A stretch of 64,000 nucleotides of DNA from Octopus bimaculoides (taxonomy: Eukaryota). Location: assembly GCF_001194135.2 (NCBI RefSeq), contig NC_068981.1:191989914-192053913 (forward strand). Reading direction: 5' to 3'. The notes beneath the pieces are model-generated. The model made no database searches. It had not been told where the DNA came from and worked only from the letters and a program-made list of their open reading frames with translations. Position 1 is the first letter of the stretch. Every line of letters starts with the position of its first letter. The position numbers and the translations under genes were made by a program. Positions 51,966 through 64,000 of this stretch are shown here, piece after piece.

Positions 51966-52972
51966 TCCTTTAAAACAGAAAATTTGTGGCATAGAAGCAG
52001 GGGTGGTGTTGGGCAAGTTGGTATGAAGAAGGTTAATAAAGTATGACAACACAATGTAAACAAAGTCAGACCACATGTTAAGAGATGAATATCACCCAAT
52101 GATGATTTCACATTGACATCTTGCAAGTGCTTGACTAGAACTTTATAATGAAAAATTTATAATAAAAGTTTGCTTAATTGAAATTCAACATGTTTTCTAT
52201 AAGCAACACTGAATATTCCTTCCCTGTTTATCAATGAAGTCATCAGTAAAATAAACAAACAAACAAGACCCATCTAGAAAGAGAGGACTTTTGTTTTGAC
52301 ATAAGTCTTATCTTCACCACCATCATTCTATATCCAACTTCCATGGTGGTATGGGTTGGATGGATCACCACAGACAGAGTCAGTACATATTCATGGTTCC
52401 AGTTCACTTAAATGGCTTGAGGATTACAACTCGTGTTTCATTTATGGTTTGATTTCTACACTCTGATGCCCTTCCTAACACCAACCATGTTTGAGTTTTT
52501 ATCAGGGTGTTTTTCACAGCATCATTAGAGAGGTGCCATGTCTTCAACAAGACTAAAGGCTACTCACAACCTTACAATTCACAGAGTGTACTGGGTGTGT
52601 AGTTTTCATAACATCAACATTAGAGATGGTAATTGTATCCTTGTCATGACTAAAGAGACCTCAGGACCCTACATCTTTACTCACAAACAAACCTCTTTAC
52701 AAAGAGAGAAATGCATGGCTGCCAGAGGCATGAAAGAGAATGACTGAGTAATAAGAGGGACACATGACAGGGAGTGAATAATAGAGGTTGATTACTTATC
52801 CCTATCATGTGTTCCTCTTATCCCCATAAAGGTAATTTGTATTCAAAGATAAGCCTGTATATTATTCAAGGCAAAAAAAATAAAGTGATAACAAAAGACA
52901 ATGTGACCCAGAAGGTAGAAGCAATAAAAGAGCCCCAGGATGTGTGGGTGAAATTCAAAGAGGATAACTTAC

Positions 52973-53162
52973 CTGCCTGCCTTGCCTCTTGACATGCTTC
53001 ACACATTTCATTTTTAATCTCAGGGTTTTCTTCAGCTATAGACTCTCCAACAGACACAAACTTTCCTACAGCCCGGTTCACAACTTGCCCAACTTGTACT
53101 AATACTCGCAGTGTCTTCTCTGATACTTTAGTTTTTTCTTTATGGTTTACCAGTGTTGTTAT
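52973..53162 (-). CDS. CTNNAL1: Alpha-catulin coding exon (equivalent to coding exon 2), 190 bp, phase 0 to phase 1
   Basis: Minus strand reads ...ttttgttttactttgtag|ATAACA...AGGCAGGCAG|gtaagt. Translation ITTLVNHKEKTKVSEKTLRVLVQVGQVVNRAVGKFVSVGESIAEENPEIKNEMCEACQEARQA(G) aligns without gaps to human alpha-catulin as I recall it (ITTLINHKDNTKKSDKTLQAIQRVGQAVNLAVGRFVKVGEAIANENWDLKEEINIACIEAKQAG). It is much closer to that than to alpha-catenin or vinculin. Confidence 0.93.
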
Positions 53163-53639
53163 CTACAAAGTAAAACAAAAAAAAAAACATGAATTTCTCT
53201 CTTGAAACATAGGCACACACATGCGCACATACATGCATGCATGCATGTGTGACACACGCACAAGCAATGGGTCTCAGAATACCCGAGCAGAAGTTTTTGA
53301 GTTATTTGTCCACCTGGGCTACTAGGCTCATTGAATTAATAAGTGGATGAGTATTCCATGAATACATGAAAACTTAACAAAATTCTCAGGTGGCATCAGC
53401 ACAAGACGTTGACAAGGCAAGACCTTTGAATTATATGTGCAATTCAACTTATGAGCTTCTATACAGTTTCTATACACTTGAGATGCGATGCAATGGGAAC
53501 AAACTTGGAACCTCTGTGTGGAGGGGGATGGGGGCAGGCACAGGCATGGCTGAGTAGTTAAGAAATTCACTTCACAACCATATGATTATCGTTGTTACTT
53601 TAAACAATAATTATTCAATTAACTGAAACTGACCCAACC

Positions 53640-54085
53640 TTCCAAATTCTATGAACTTATACACCAACACCTCATCTTAAGTCCATATCCTCTTGAATAC
53701 TCACTTTCTTGTACCTTGAGACTATGCTCTGACCCTTCATCACCACCATCATTGTCTTCTTTCCAGTTACTCCCACCCTTGAATAATGCAAGGTAGCCCT
53801 ATAAGGAAGTCAACTTTGTCTGTCCCTCTGTCATACTTTAGCCTCTCAACACCTGGCACAAAGCTACAACTCCACTCAATTGAGGGGTCTTTCTTTGTCT
53901 CACTAGTGCTAGCATCACAAGAAAAGCACCTAGTATACTCCATAAAATGCTTGACATTAGGAAGAGCATCCAGCTGTAGAGATTATGACTAAACAGACAT
54001 TGGAGCTCAATACAGTTTTCTCCAACTCATTAGATCCTGTCAAACTGTTCAACCCATGCCAGCATGAAAAAAACACGTTAACTGA
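53640..54085 (+). mobile_element. Retroposon family C
   Basis: ccctctgtcatactttagcctctcaacacctggc...cactagtgc...aaagcacc...cattaggaagagcatccagctgtaga...acccatgccagcatg. Confidence 0.65.
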
Positions 54086-55422
54086 GGATTTCATCTAATT
54101 AAAATCTCTCAGCAACTTAACTGATTTGACAAAGAATACATTTCTTCAGCTTATTCAACAAAATAGTTAATATATAAACATCTAAAAGTCTCAAGTTGAA
54201 ATAACTGTATTTTCACAGGAATTAATATTTTTCACCTCATCTTACTAAGGTGAGAGAGAGAGAGAAGAAAGCAAACAACAATATATTTTTACTTTAAGTA
54301 ATACTGAAACTGCTAACCCAATATTAAACAGACGTCTGAGTCATTCATACATTCAGATGACATATTTTACTGCTTCAATTCAACTTGACAATGATCAAGC
54401 TAGTGGATTAACTAATCGAAAATTCAATATTGTATTTAATTATGTGCATACATTAATTATTTATTATTTATATTTAATGTAGTGTATCCTCTCTTAGAGA
54501 AAGTTCAGGGAGCCGTTACTTCTGCTGATTCAAATGGTCTCTCTCTGAGACTAAAGGGTAGATTGTGTGATGTTTGTGTATGAAGCGTGATTCACTGGAG
54601 TAAGGCATTAGTGTTTCAATCTTGTTGTGTGTGTCTCTCTTCTCTTAAAGCTACCCCAAACCAAGAAATCTAACAAGAGTTTAGGTTCTTATTCAGTAAA
54701 TTATTCAGAATTCAGCAAACAACTTATTTGCTGAGGCATACTGATGTATGCCAACCCATAAATAATCATCATGTGCACGTGTCTCAAAGTGTCCTTATTT
54801 CAATGAGTTGAGTGTATTATGAACACAATCATCTGAAAGGAGACGTTGTTCACCAATGGCAAAATACAATAACAATTGGTATATATTTGCATCTGAATCT
54901 GCTGGAACATATTAAGAATGAACATGTCATCATTCTAATTCTCACTGCTCAGCGTTGATTTAAAATATAGAAAGATTAACACAAAAATTGGAAACCAAAA
55001 TGTACACAAATGCTAATGAAAAAAAATACTAGATAATTAGAAATGGATGTATGTTTTTGCACTAACACGTAATTTCCTCATTCAAAAATTAAGTTATACA
55101 CGCTATCACTATTCAATACTTAACAGCAAAGTTTTCATACTGCATATTGATCATGGAGAAGGTGATTGATAGGCTGTTGCAACTCTAATTAGCAAGGTGA
55201 AACAACAAAACCAATCTTCAATTAAAAACCTAACACATTTCCACTCAAGTTGTTGATTCATTCGTCTTTACATCTAATAAATATAACAATCATACATAAT
55301 ATTAAAACATTTTATCATGCCACACAAAAATATCAATCCTTTTGTTATATTATTATAAATTAACTACATTGCTTATGTGTTTCAATTATTTATAAGGTCT
55401 ATTAGTAATATTAATCCTGGTG

Positions 55423-55772
55423 TCTTTATCTTTTACTTGTTTCAGTCATTAGACTGCAGCCTTGAAGAATTTTTAGTCACACAAACTGACCCCAGTTCTT
55501 ATCCTATCAGTCTCTTTTGCTGAACTGCTAAGTAACGGGGATGTACATACATCAACACTGCTTGTCAAGCAGTGTTGGGGGACAAGCATGAACACAAAGG
55601 CAAACGCACACACACACACACAACGAGCTTCATTCAGTTTTGTCTACCAAATCCACTTACAAGCCTTTGGTCAGCTTGAGGCTATAGAAGACACTTACCC
55701 AAGGTGGCATGCAGTGGGACTGAACTCAAAATCATGTAGTTGAGAAGCAAGCTTCTTACCACACAGTCACAC
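55423..55772 (-). mobile_element. SINE family A
   Basis: Reverse-complement similarity to 28936-29312. Confidence 0.75.
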
Positions 55773-57725
55773 AAATCTAACATGAAATTATTATTATTAA
55801 GCAAGATTTTAATTTTGGTTTAAAGCAGGCAATTTTGCATCCAAGAACCAGGTAATGGTCTTGTGCAGATTGGTATGAAAATGATTCCTGCCAAGTATGG
55901 AAGCTAAACATGTATTTTCAAGTTTTTTTTTTTTTTAAACTCAAATATTCATGACTGGTGCTTCTTCTAAACAATTTTTTTCTTTTAATTTCTTTAAAAA
56001 TAAAATTTACATTCTACTTGGAAAGTATCCTACTACTGACTTGTAACAATATCATACAGTCATCAAAACAAACTTAAAAGCAATTTTTAGACAATTTTTA
56101 AATGGTTATCTATTCTTTCCATAATTTTCTACATAAATGTATTTAAATATATTACTGTTTTTGTCTACTTTTAGAATGAAAACAAAACCCTGACTTGGTA
56201 TCAAAGGAAATAAGAAGAATTAAGTCATGTTAAAGCTGGAAAGCGGAGTATTTTCCAATCGAAGTCAGATGTAGAGGGTTTGTTGGACACAGTGTGAGAC
56301 GATTGTTGTTATAGTTAGGCCTAACTCTTCGTAAAGTAAATACCACCATGATCGATATCCAAACTACAGTGGAAAAGGTTAGCCACTGGATTTGGTTAAA
56401 AAGAGACGATGAGCGATGGCTAGAAGAATATTGAGCTTTATTTGATAACCAGTTGATCTAGCAAGCGGGGCCTCATATCAGTGAGGGGGACTGGTGCATA
56501 TTGATGCCATCAAGAGGAAGGCCCTAAAACGGTGTACATTCTCTCCTGATGACCCCATACATTTGCTGGCTTCTGGTATGCACAGTTCTCAATTGGTAGC
56601 ACTTGCATGTGCAAGTTGTTTGCAAAACATCTCATGTATGGTTATACAAAAAGATATTCAAACATTAAGTGAAAAATCATTCAATACAAGTGTGTAGCAC
56701 TATAAAAATTTATTTCTTCAAAGGTTGGCAAGGACTTCAAAGATTTATCAATGGTCAACTTCGACAGTTTGACGATGCTGATCATCAGTGAACCTTCAAA
56801 TTTACTATCAACCTTTAGTTTCCTTTGTAAAAATAAAAATTATAACAAAAATGATACTATAATTGGTGTAAATTAATTAACAGAATTATAGAATACAGTT
56901 ACTAAAAGTAAAAACTAAATTTATCATTAAACAAAAGTGGAAGGGTGTTGTTGTTTTATTTTTTTTTTAAGTAATTTATGAGTGTATAATTAAAGGACTG
57001 GAAGTTCAGAAGCTGTACAAGAGCAGAATGTCAACTTATTTAAAAGGCAGTCAATCAGTAACTAAAAAGTCATTTATTAAGAAGCCAATAGAGTCCAACA
57101 GTTTTATTGAAGTAAAGTAAATGTGGAAGTAGTCAAAAGTGAGAGCGTGCAACATAGAAAGGGAGGATAAGGGGGAGGAGGAGAGAATAAATGGACAAAG
57201 AGAAAAAAATGTCAAAATACAAACAAGATAAAATTATTGAAAGTCATACAATGGAGTATATGATATGCCAAACTGCCAATGTATTAACAATAATTAATTT
57301 ACTTCAGTCTTGGTCTCATTTCTTCCTTTCCAGTTCTAAAAGGCTTCATGACTTAACAATGACATGATTTATTTTGGTGTCATGTTACTCCAAGAACCAG
57401 CCTGTAGGATCCTGCAATATGGAAAGTCAGTATCCTCCACACTTTATATGAAATCTATTAAACATTTACTTTTAGTTGCTTACTGACAATAAAAGTCCAA
57501 GTACCTTAAAAACCAAAAGAATTTTATTTAAAAAAAAAAATCTTACTGATTTTTAATTATAAAGAATACGAAGGCCACGAAAGAAATTTTAGAAATTAAA
57601 ACCAATAATTTGAAAGATGAGATGAGAAATGAATAAAAAAGAAAGAAAATAGAACATTGATCTCTTCAAATATTGAGTAGCAGAAATGTCAGTGCCAAAA
57701 CAAAAGGTTGAGGTGTGTGTGTATA

Positions 57726-58062
57726 TTGGGTCAGATAGATTTTACTAAGGCAGATTTTCTCTAAGATTCCCTTCCTATCACCAATTCATACCGGTTTCCA
57801 AGCAAGATAATATGTCCCCAAGGCCAGACATGTTTTTGTAGAACGTTAGAAAAGGTTGGTATTGCTTATAGAACAATGACACTTTTACAACTATCTTACA
57901 ATATCAAGACAAAGTAACACAAACATATCTACCAAATCCATTCACAAGTCTTTACTCAACCCAGGCTATAGTACAAGGCACTTGTCCGTGGTTCCATGCA
58001 CTGGGACAGAACCTGAAACCATGTAGTTGGGAAGCAAGCTTAACTACACAGCCACACTGCAA
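57726..58062 (-). mobile_element. SINE family B
   Basis: Reverse-complement similarity to 23492-23900. Confidence 0.65.
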
Positions 58063-58102
58063 CCTACTATATCTATCCACACATTATTTATTTATATATA
58101 TA

Positions 58103-58492
58103 CTTTTACTTGTTTTAGGCATTTGGCTGCAGCCATGCTGGAGCACTACCTTTAGTTGAACAAATCGACCCCAGGACTTATTCTTTGTAAGTCAAGTACT
58201 TATTCTATAGGTCTCTTTTGCCAAACCGCTAAGTTATAGGGATATAAACACACCAACATCGGTTGTCAAATGATGGTGTGGGGTGGGGGGCAAACACAGA
58301 CACACACAAATATATATATATATATATATATATATGACGGGCTTCTTTCAGTTTCCGTCTGCCAAATTCACTCACTCGGGTCAGCCTGAGGCTATAGCAG
58401 AAGACACTTGCCCAAGGTGCCAAGCAGTGGGACTGTACCCGGAACCATGTGGTTGGGAAACAAGCTTCTTACCACACAGCCACGCCTGCACC
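58103..58492 (-). mobile_element. SINE family A, well preserved
   Basis: Reverse-complement similarity to 28936-29312 along its full length. Confidence 0.8.
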
Positions 58493-58534
58493 TATATATA
58501 TTGTTGTATTTCAGGATGGTCATTTTCTTTTTTG

Positions 58535-58579
<45 letters not shown>

Positions 58580-59965
58580 TATACCGACACATGCACACAC
58601 ACACACACACACACACACTTTGACCACCACCACTAATCTCCCAAGCTTGAATGTGCTAGTTTTTAATTTTACCCATTGCAAGAAACTATGTCTGGTGGTT
58701 GTAAACATGAAATCATTATCAAGAGAAAGTTAACTCATAAACATATGCAAGCATGTACATGCACACAGCTGAAACTAAAAGTCACAAAGCCTTCTAGAAA
58801 TACATCAAGACCTGGAAAAAGTATCAGCTAAATGTGCAAAGTGATGATTTGTAATTATTCACTGTGTGTCTATTCATTATTGGTCTCTCGTCATTTCTGT
58901 ATTCTCACATAAGTTCAATGAAATTTTTAGCATAAAGAAACCAGCATCTTTTTCATAACACTCCATTTCCAAGTCAAGTTACAGTTTATTCACAACCACA
59001 TTTTTTATGATAGCTAATGATAAGCCAAACAAAATTCATACTTATCTTACAGTAGTATCTTTATGTCACTTATATGACTGCCAGCACATGCTATCATAGT
59101 CATCCTTTGCTAATGCAAACTCAATGCTAATAATTCAGAGAAACAGGGGCTGATAACAGCAAATCACCACTGATAGACAAAAGACACAGGAACTAACCTT
59201 AGCTGATCACAACTCCACACACGTTTATTGCTGTCAAGTAGGTTGTAAATATCTTCTTTAATCACTGTTCATATGATAAAAGGGATCATTTCATTATAAT
59301 GTAGTCGGCCTTTTTCATCTTTGGTTAACAGTATTGTGGAGATTGGTGTTCTGGCTGTTTCTAGAAGCAACTCCCTAGCCCCAAGAACACTTACAATTTC
59401 ACCATAAAGGAACAAGTCAATACATTTGCAACATCCATAGAGCTGCAGAAGATGCCAGATAATAATCAAATATAACTGTACATATCTGCCTTAGGGTCCC
59501 TCACTCAAAATTTCCTGTAGGGGTTTACTCCCTTAGCCCTTTATAAATGGTCAGTAAATTACTTCACAAAGCAGCAGGGGTTTATTAATATAGTAAGCAT
59601 GGTTTGTGCAAAGCCAGTCCCACTCTCATGTCTTTCAAACTTGCATTAGTCTGGTGCAACAAATGCCACAAGCCTGGTAGTTATCAGGATACAGGATTTG
59701 CATGGAGTTACCTTTTCTAAGATGAGTGGCAAAAGAATTGAAAGGCCTCACCTACCCTGGGTTTATTTGAATATCTGTGATTGACCTTCTCCTGGAGGTA
59801 AATTCATAACATGCTGCTAATTAGCCCATAGCTGTGACCCTAACAGGTTCTACGAGAGGTCAGAGTAAACCTGGAGACAACAGTGCTTAAGAGATGGTTC
59901 TACACTCCTCAAAACCCTAATCAGGCCCTCACAACTGGATGCAGTTTCAAGTCATACCTAAGATT

Positions 59966-59967
<2 letters not shown>

Positions 59968-60010
<43 letters not shown>
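59968..60010. repeat. (AT)n microsatellite
   Basis: Direct reading. Confidence 0.95.
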
Positions 60011-60014
<4 letters not shown>

Positions 60015-63000
60015 ATATTCAGTTTCAGTCTTCAGAAACACTAATACTTTGCCAACAGAAACCACATGTGCCAATATGATATTTGGATTTTATCTTGACA
60101 GATGAAGGACTCCTACACTTGAAAAAGGCACAAATGGAATGGTTTCCCCACTCCCAAAACAAATAGGTAATGGTTGCCTTCATAAATCAAGTATTATATA
60201 AAATGCTGAAGATGCAAAAGAAGATATTGTCAGTGGTAGTATTCAAATCAATACAGTCTCTATGAACTGAAGATCAACTTATGGTCAAGAGTGGGAGGGG
60301 GGCTCTACCTGCATTCCTTACCTGTTTTTATAATGCAGATACACAGGAAATGAAATACCAGGTATTTACTGCCTACTGACTCTACAAAAGGTCCCAAACT
60401 TCCACTGGAGGTTAGTCAAAAATAAGCACCAAAGAGTTCCGAACAAGGACCAAAGAAATACCTGGATGAGACTGAAAAGAAATTTTTGCCATATGTGTCC
60501 AAAGTGAATCCAAAGAGACAGTCTTCAGCCATGTAATGATACAAATATTATTATTAATGCTTTTTTGTAACAACCTCTAGCAAATGTTTTGTCTTTATTC
60601 TTCTGTTGTTGCCTAAGAGAAATAGTTTCATACAAAAATTGTTTGTGAGCCTTTGTTTTAATTAAAAAGCATTAATTCCTTCTAATTTGTATTTTTCTAA
60701 TTAAAATATATAAACAGTGTTAAACTACCCTTGGCATAGCACACATGCACATGGGGTGAGGGTGAGGGGCATGTGTTCATGTATATATGCCATATAGATA
60801 CATTTCTAATTATAACATTAAAAATGTCTAAACATTAGACAGGAAAAAGCAATTATCCAGATTGAGTTCAATTTTTGGCTTCTTGTCTCAGGATATAATA
60901 AATATTTAATTTTTCAGAAACAAGACAATATACAATTTAACGTTGCTGATAATGTGAGTTACTGAGAAGGGCGAAAAACGCTGAGGGTGGAGTTATACAA
61001 TCAATATAATCATGAGGTTGCACAATATTTTGATAACAAATGTTTTAATCATCAGTTCTATTTCATTTCAATGCATTCTAGACATGACTACCATTATGGT
61101 TCCCTAAGGCCAATATCTCCTATCTAATTTTATCTCTTTGCTAAACTTTCTGCACCAGCAATCAATACTCTAATACTAACAGCATTCACTCGCCTAAATC
61201 TCTTCACAGTATCATAACTTCCATCTTATTGCCAGCAATATAAAATACTTTTGATTTGTAAGTATTATTCAGCCATTTCCAACATCCTCTGTTACGTTAT
61301 CATACAACCAAATGAAATACGAGGACACTGGTCAGCAAGAAACCATCACTAATTTCTATTTTTTTTCTCCTTGTATTGTTCATATGGAGGGGGAAATGTT
61401 TTAGAAAAAAAAAATACTCAGTTGATTGCTACAACAGTGGAACAAAACATATAAACAAAACCTACAACACAGTATCTACCACATCTAAACTGAAATATTC
61501 AGTGTCTCCTCTTAGTATGCATGAAAGGAAAGAATCACATTGAAACGAAATTTCAAGATTACAAATTTTCTTATAAAACCCTAGGCATCTCTAGAAGTCC
61601 ATCAGGGATCAGAGATATGGAAGCTGTTGTTAATGTTTAATCCTAGATCTGCTCTAATCTGAGGTTAAATATTTGACATCTGGTCAAAGGTGCCCCAGCT
61701 TTTTCCACCCAGTCTGACATTCAACTATAGGACTGAATTAACATGTCCTAACTTTTTCAGATCAGTAAGGTTGAACTTAAAAGATTTGGTTGCTGTTTCT
61801 AGCAGTTTAGGTGGTGACCACTCAGAAGTTTTCTTCTGAGAGTGCTGTTGTTCATATGAAATCTAAAAAGTTAGTAGTCAATATTTGGCAAAAATAAAAG
61901 GAGTTTCATATTGATATGGTTCTGGAAAGCAAGTTTTGTACACAATGTTAACTGAAGGGCTTAGAGCAAGAGAATACAATTGAAGAATGTAATTAAAACA
62001 GTTTTGATTAGGGCAAGTAATTAGTGAGAATATCTGCATCAATGAGAAAAAGGAAGCAACAATAGTGTAACTGTGGACCAGGTTTCAATATCAGTGTATG
62101 TAAGATTTGTTAGTTGGATTTATGAATGTAATTTAAGGCACCATTGGTCAATGGAACCATACCATTTCAGACGTAAACATATTTCAGGGTGTACTTATAA
62201 CCCTTTTGTCCCCAAATTTGTGTAAACATACACTGCCTTCATTCCAAATGACTTTGAAAAATAATGAAGAATTTAGAATTATAATTATCATTAAGATGGT
62301 GCTTAATGCCAATTATCATGGAATTTTGATGAAAGGCTTTAATTTTCATCAATTAAAAATGAGAAAGTTTATACCAGAAAACAAGGGGCAGTCTCAGGTG
62401 AGTTGGTATCAAAAATGTGGTTGAAAGAAAGAAATATACGAAGCTAAATAACAAGTGAGAAGCTATGCTCCTTTGTAGAAGCATTGATTGATAAATTATA
62501 TATTGGACAAATACCAGTAAAATAATAGTAATCACAGGTTTCGACAGAAAATAAATATATTTATGTATTCATAATTTTAAAAATGTTCTTTTAAACTTCA
62601 GATTTCAATGGAAATAATTATCTCAAACCAATGATCCTTTGACAGCAATTTTCCATCAGTTTTACTCAACCCCCACCCCACCCACCACTGACAAAAGATA
62701 CATTTTTGTAGGATATTATTTTAAATATTTTTGAAAAATAGATTTTTAATGATAAACAAACAAGAATACTAAAACCTAATTTTGCAATATGCTGGCCAAC
62801 CTCAGCTTCATTTAAAACTGTTTACAAAATGTCCTTTATTTTCCATTATCTAAACAGACTGAATTCAATATTATTTACTTCAGCACTTTCTGTATTAATC
62901 AACCAAAACACACAAGTGTTTACATTTTACACCGCCAATTAGTAATGAACTTGCACACCTCTTTATTGCCTGATGCAAGATTAAGATAATTATCCACATC

Positions 63001-63297
63001 CCTCAAGCTTCAAAGAAATTCTTTTCTTCCAACAACAGCAACATTGCTTTTAGCAACATATTTAGCATATTAAGTAAGGGAAATTAAAGAAACAAAACAT
63101 ACATCAAAAATATTGTACTTCTGTTAGATACACACAAACACCTACAGAATTTCAGATAAACCTTACAACTTTCATACATAGGAAAAAAAAAAAAAACTTG
63201 ACCATTAATTTTGAGAAACTGGAAGTCAGGTAAATGTCCACACTTAAGGGAAATCAAATAAATTTTAACAATTTCAAAACCTGAAATCAGAATTTGT

Positions 63298-63995
63298 ATC
63301 TTATTTTTACTTGTTTCAGTCATTAGACTGCAGCCATGCTGGGCACTGCCTTGAAGAATGTTAGTCGAACAAATCAACCCCAGCACATTTCTTAAGCCTG
63401 GTACTTATTGTATTAGACTCTTTTACTGAACTGCTAAGTCATGGGGCATAAACATACCAACACCAGTTGTACTTGTGGAGAGCAAATACAGACACAAAGA
63501 CACAAACATGTAAAAATATATAAACACACACACATATATATATATCACCTTCGTGCAGGTGACACGTAAAAGCACCTACTACACTCTCTGAGTGGTTGGC
63601 GTTAGGAAGGGCATCCAGCTGTAGAAACTCTGCCAAATTTAGATTGGAGCCTGGTGTTGCCATCCGGTTTCACCAGTCCTCAGTCAAATCGTCCAACCCA
63701 TGCTAGCATGGAAAGCGGATGTTAAACGATGATGATGATGATGATGATATAAAAGAATAAGTCCTGGGCTTGATTTGTTCGACTAAAGTGGTGCTCCAGT
63801 ATAGCTGCAGTCAAATGACTAAAACATGTAAAAGAATAAAAGAATATATGATAGGCTTCTCTCAGTTTCCATCTACCAAATTTACTCACAAGGCTACAGT
63901 AGAAGACACTTGCCCAAAGTGTCATGCAGTGGGATTGAATTCAGAACTATGTGGCTGGGAAGCAAACATTTTTTTATCACACAGCCACATCTGTG
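63298..63995 (-). mobile_element. SINE family A split by an RTE 3' end and a plus-strand A-tail fragment
   Basis: Tail at 63298-63535 (-), inserts at 63545-63845, head at 63850-63995 (-). Confidence 0.65.
63545..63750 (+). mobile_element. Short 5'-truncated RTE 3' end
   Basis: Closely similar to 51785-51965. Ends CCATGCTAGCATGGAAAGCGGATGTTAAAC(GAT)n. Confidence 0.75.
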
Positions 63996-64000
63996 CATAT

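Larger units (their letters stand above)
17312..52972 (-). other. CTNNAL1: 35,661-bp GT-AG intron of the alpha-catulin gene
   Basis: Bounded by GTAAGT (minus strand, from 52972) and TTTCAG (ending 17312). The flanking exons are contiguous in protein alignment. Confidence 0.85.

Noticed and set aside
56280-56700. Possible decayed LINE 3' fragment (HIDAIKRKALK...)
   Set aside because: The similarity is too weak to assign by eye; it needs a RepeatMasker or tBLASTn search.
53163-64000. First coding exon (expected EIKTxSxExTLxPLVxQ-like)
   Set aside because: Not found. The CAG|GTAAGG candidate at about 60318-60400 has an in-frame TAA and no similarity to alpha-catulin.

Overview
Eukaryotic, AT-rich, repeat-dense genomic DNA with six N-gaps. 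The repeat families look like those I associate with Octopus; that is inference, with no database search. The only host protein-coding sequence I can support is two minus-strand exons of an alpha-catulin (CTNNAL1-like, vinculin/alpha-catenin family) gene: 53162-52973 and 17311-17136. They splice in frame across a 35,661-bp intron. The preceding and following coding exons were not found, so the whole window appears to lie inside this one gene. The rest is intronic transposon debris and microsatellites: an internally deleted piggyBac with intact TIRs and TTAA TSDs, piggyBac-type MITEs, a deleted mariner, a Chapaev/CMC-like remnant, RTE LINE fragments and several tRNA-headed SINE families with modular tails. 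Nearly all ORFs in the supplied track are microsatellite or chance ORFs. I found no evidence of a new protein-coding system. The best leads are two long hairpins (8817-8884 and 22168-22224), a reciprocal piggyBac/MITE nest whose empty site is present in the window, a 158-bp foldback insertion with an 8-bp TSD, and several retroposons sharing one RTE 3' tail. Coordinates of degenerate repeats are approximate, and more decayed repeats exist than are listed.
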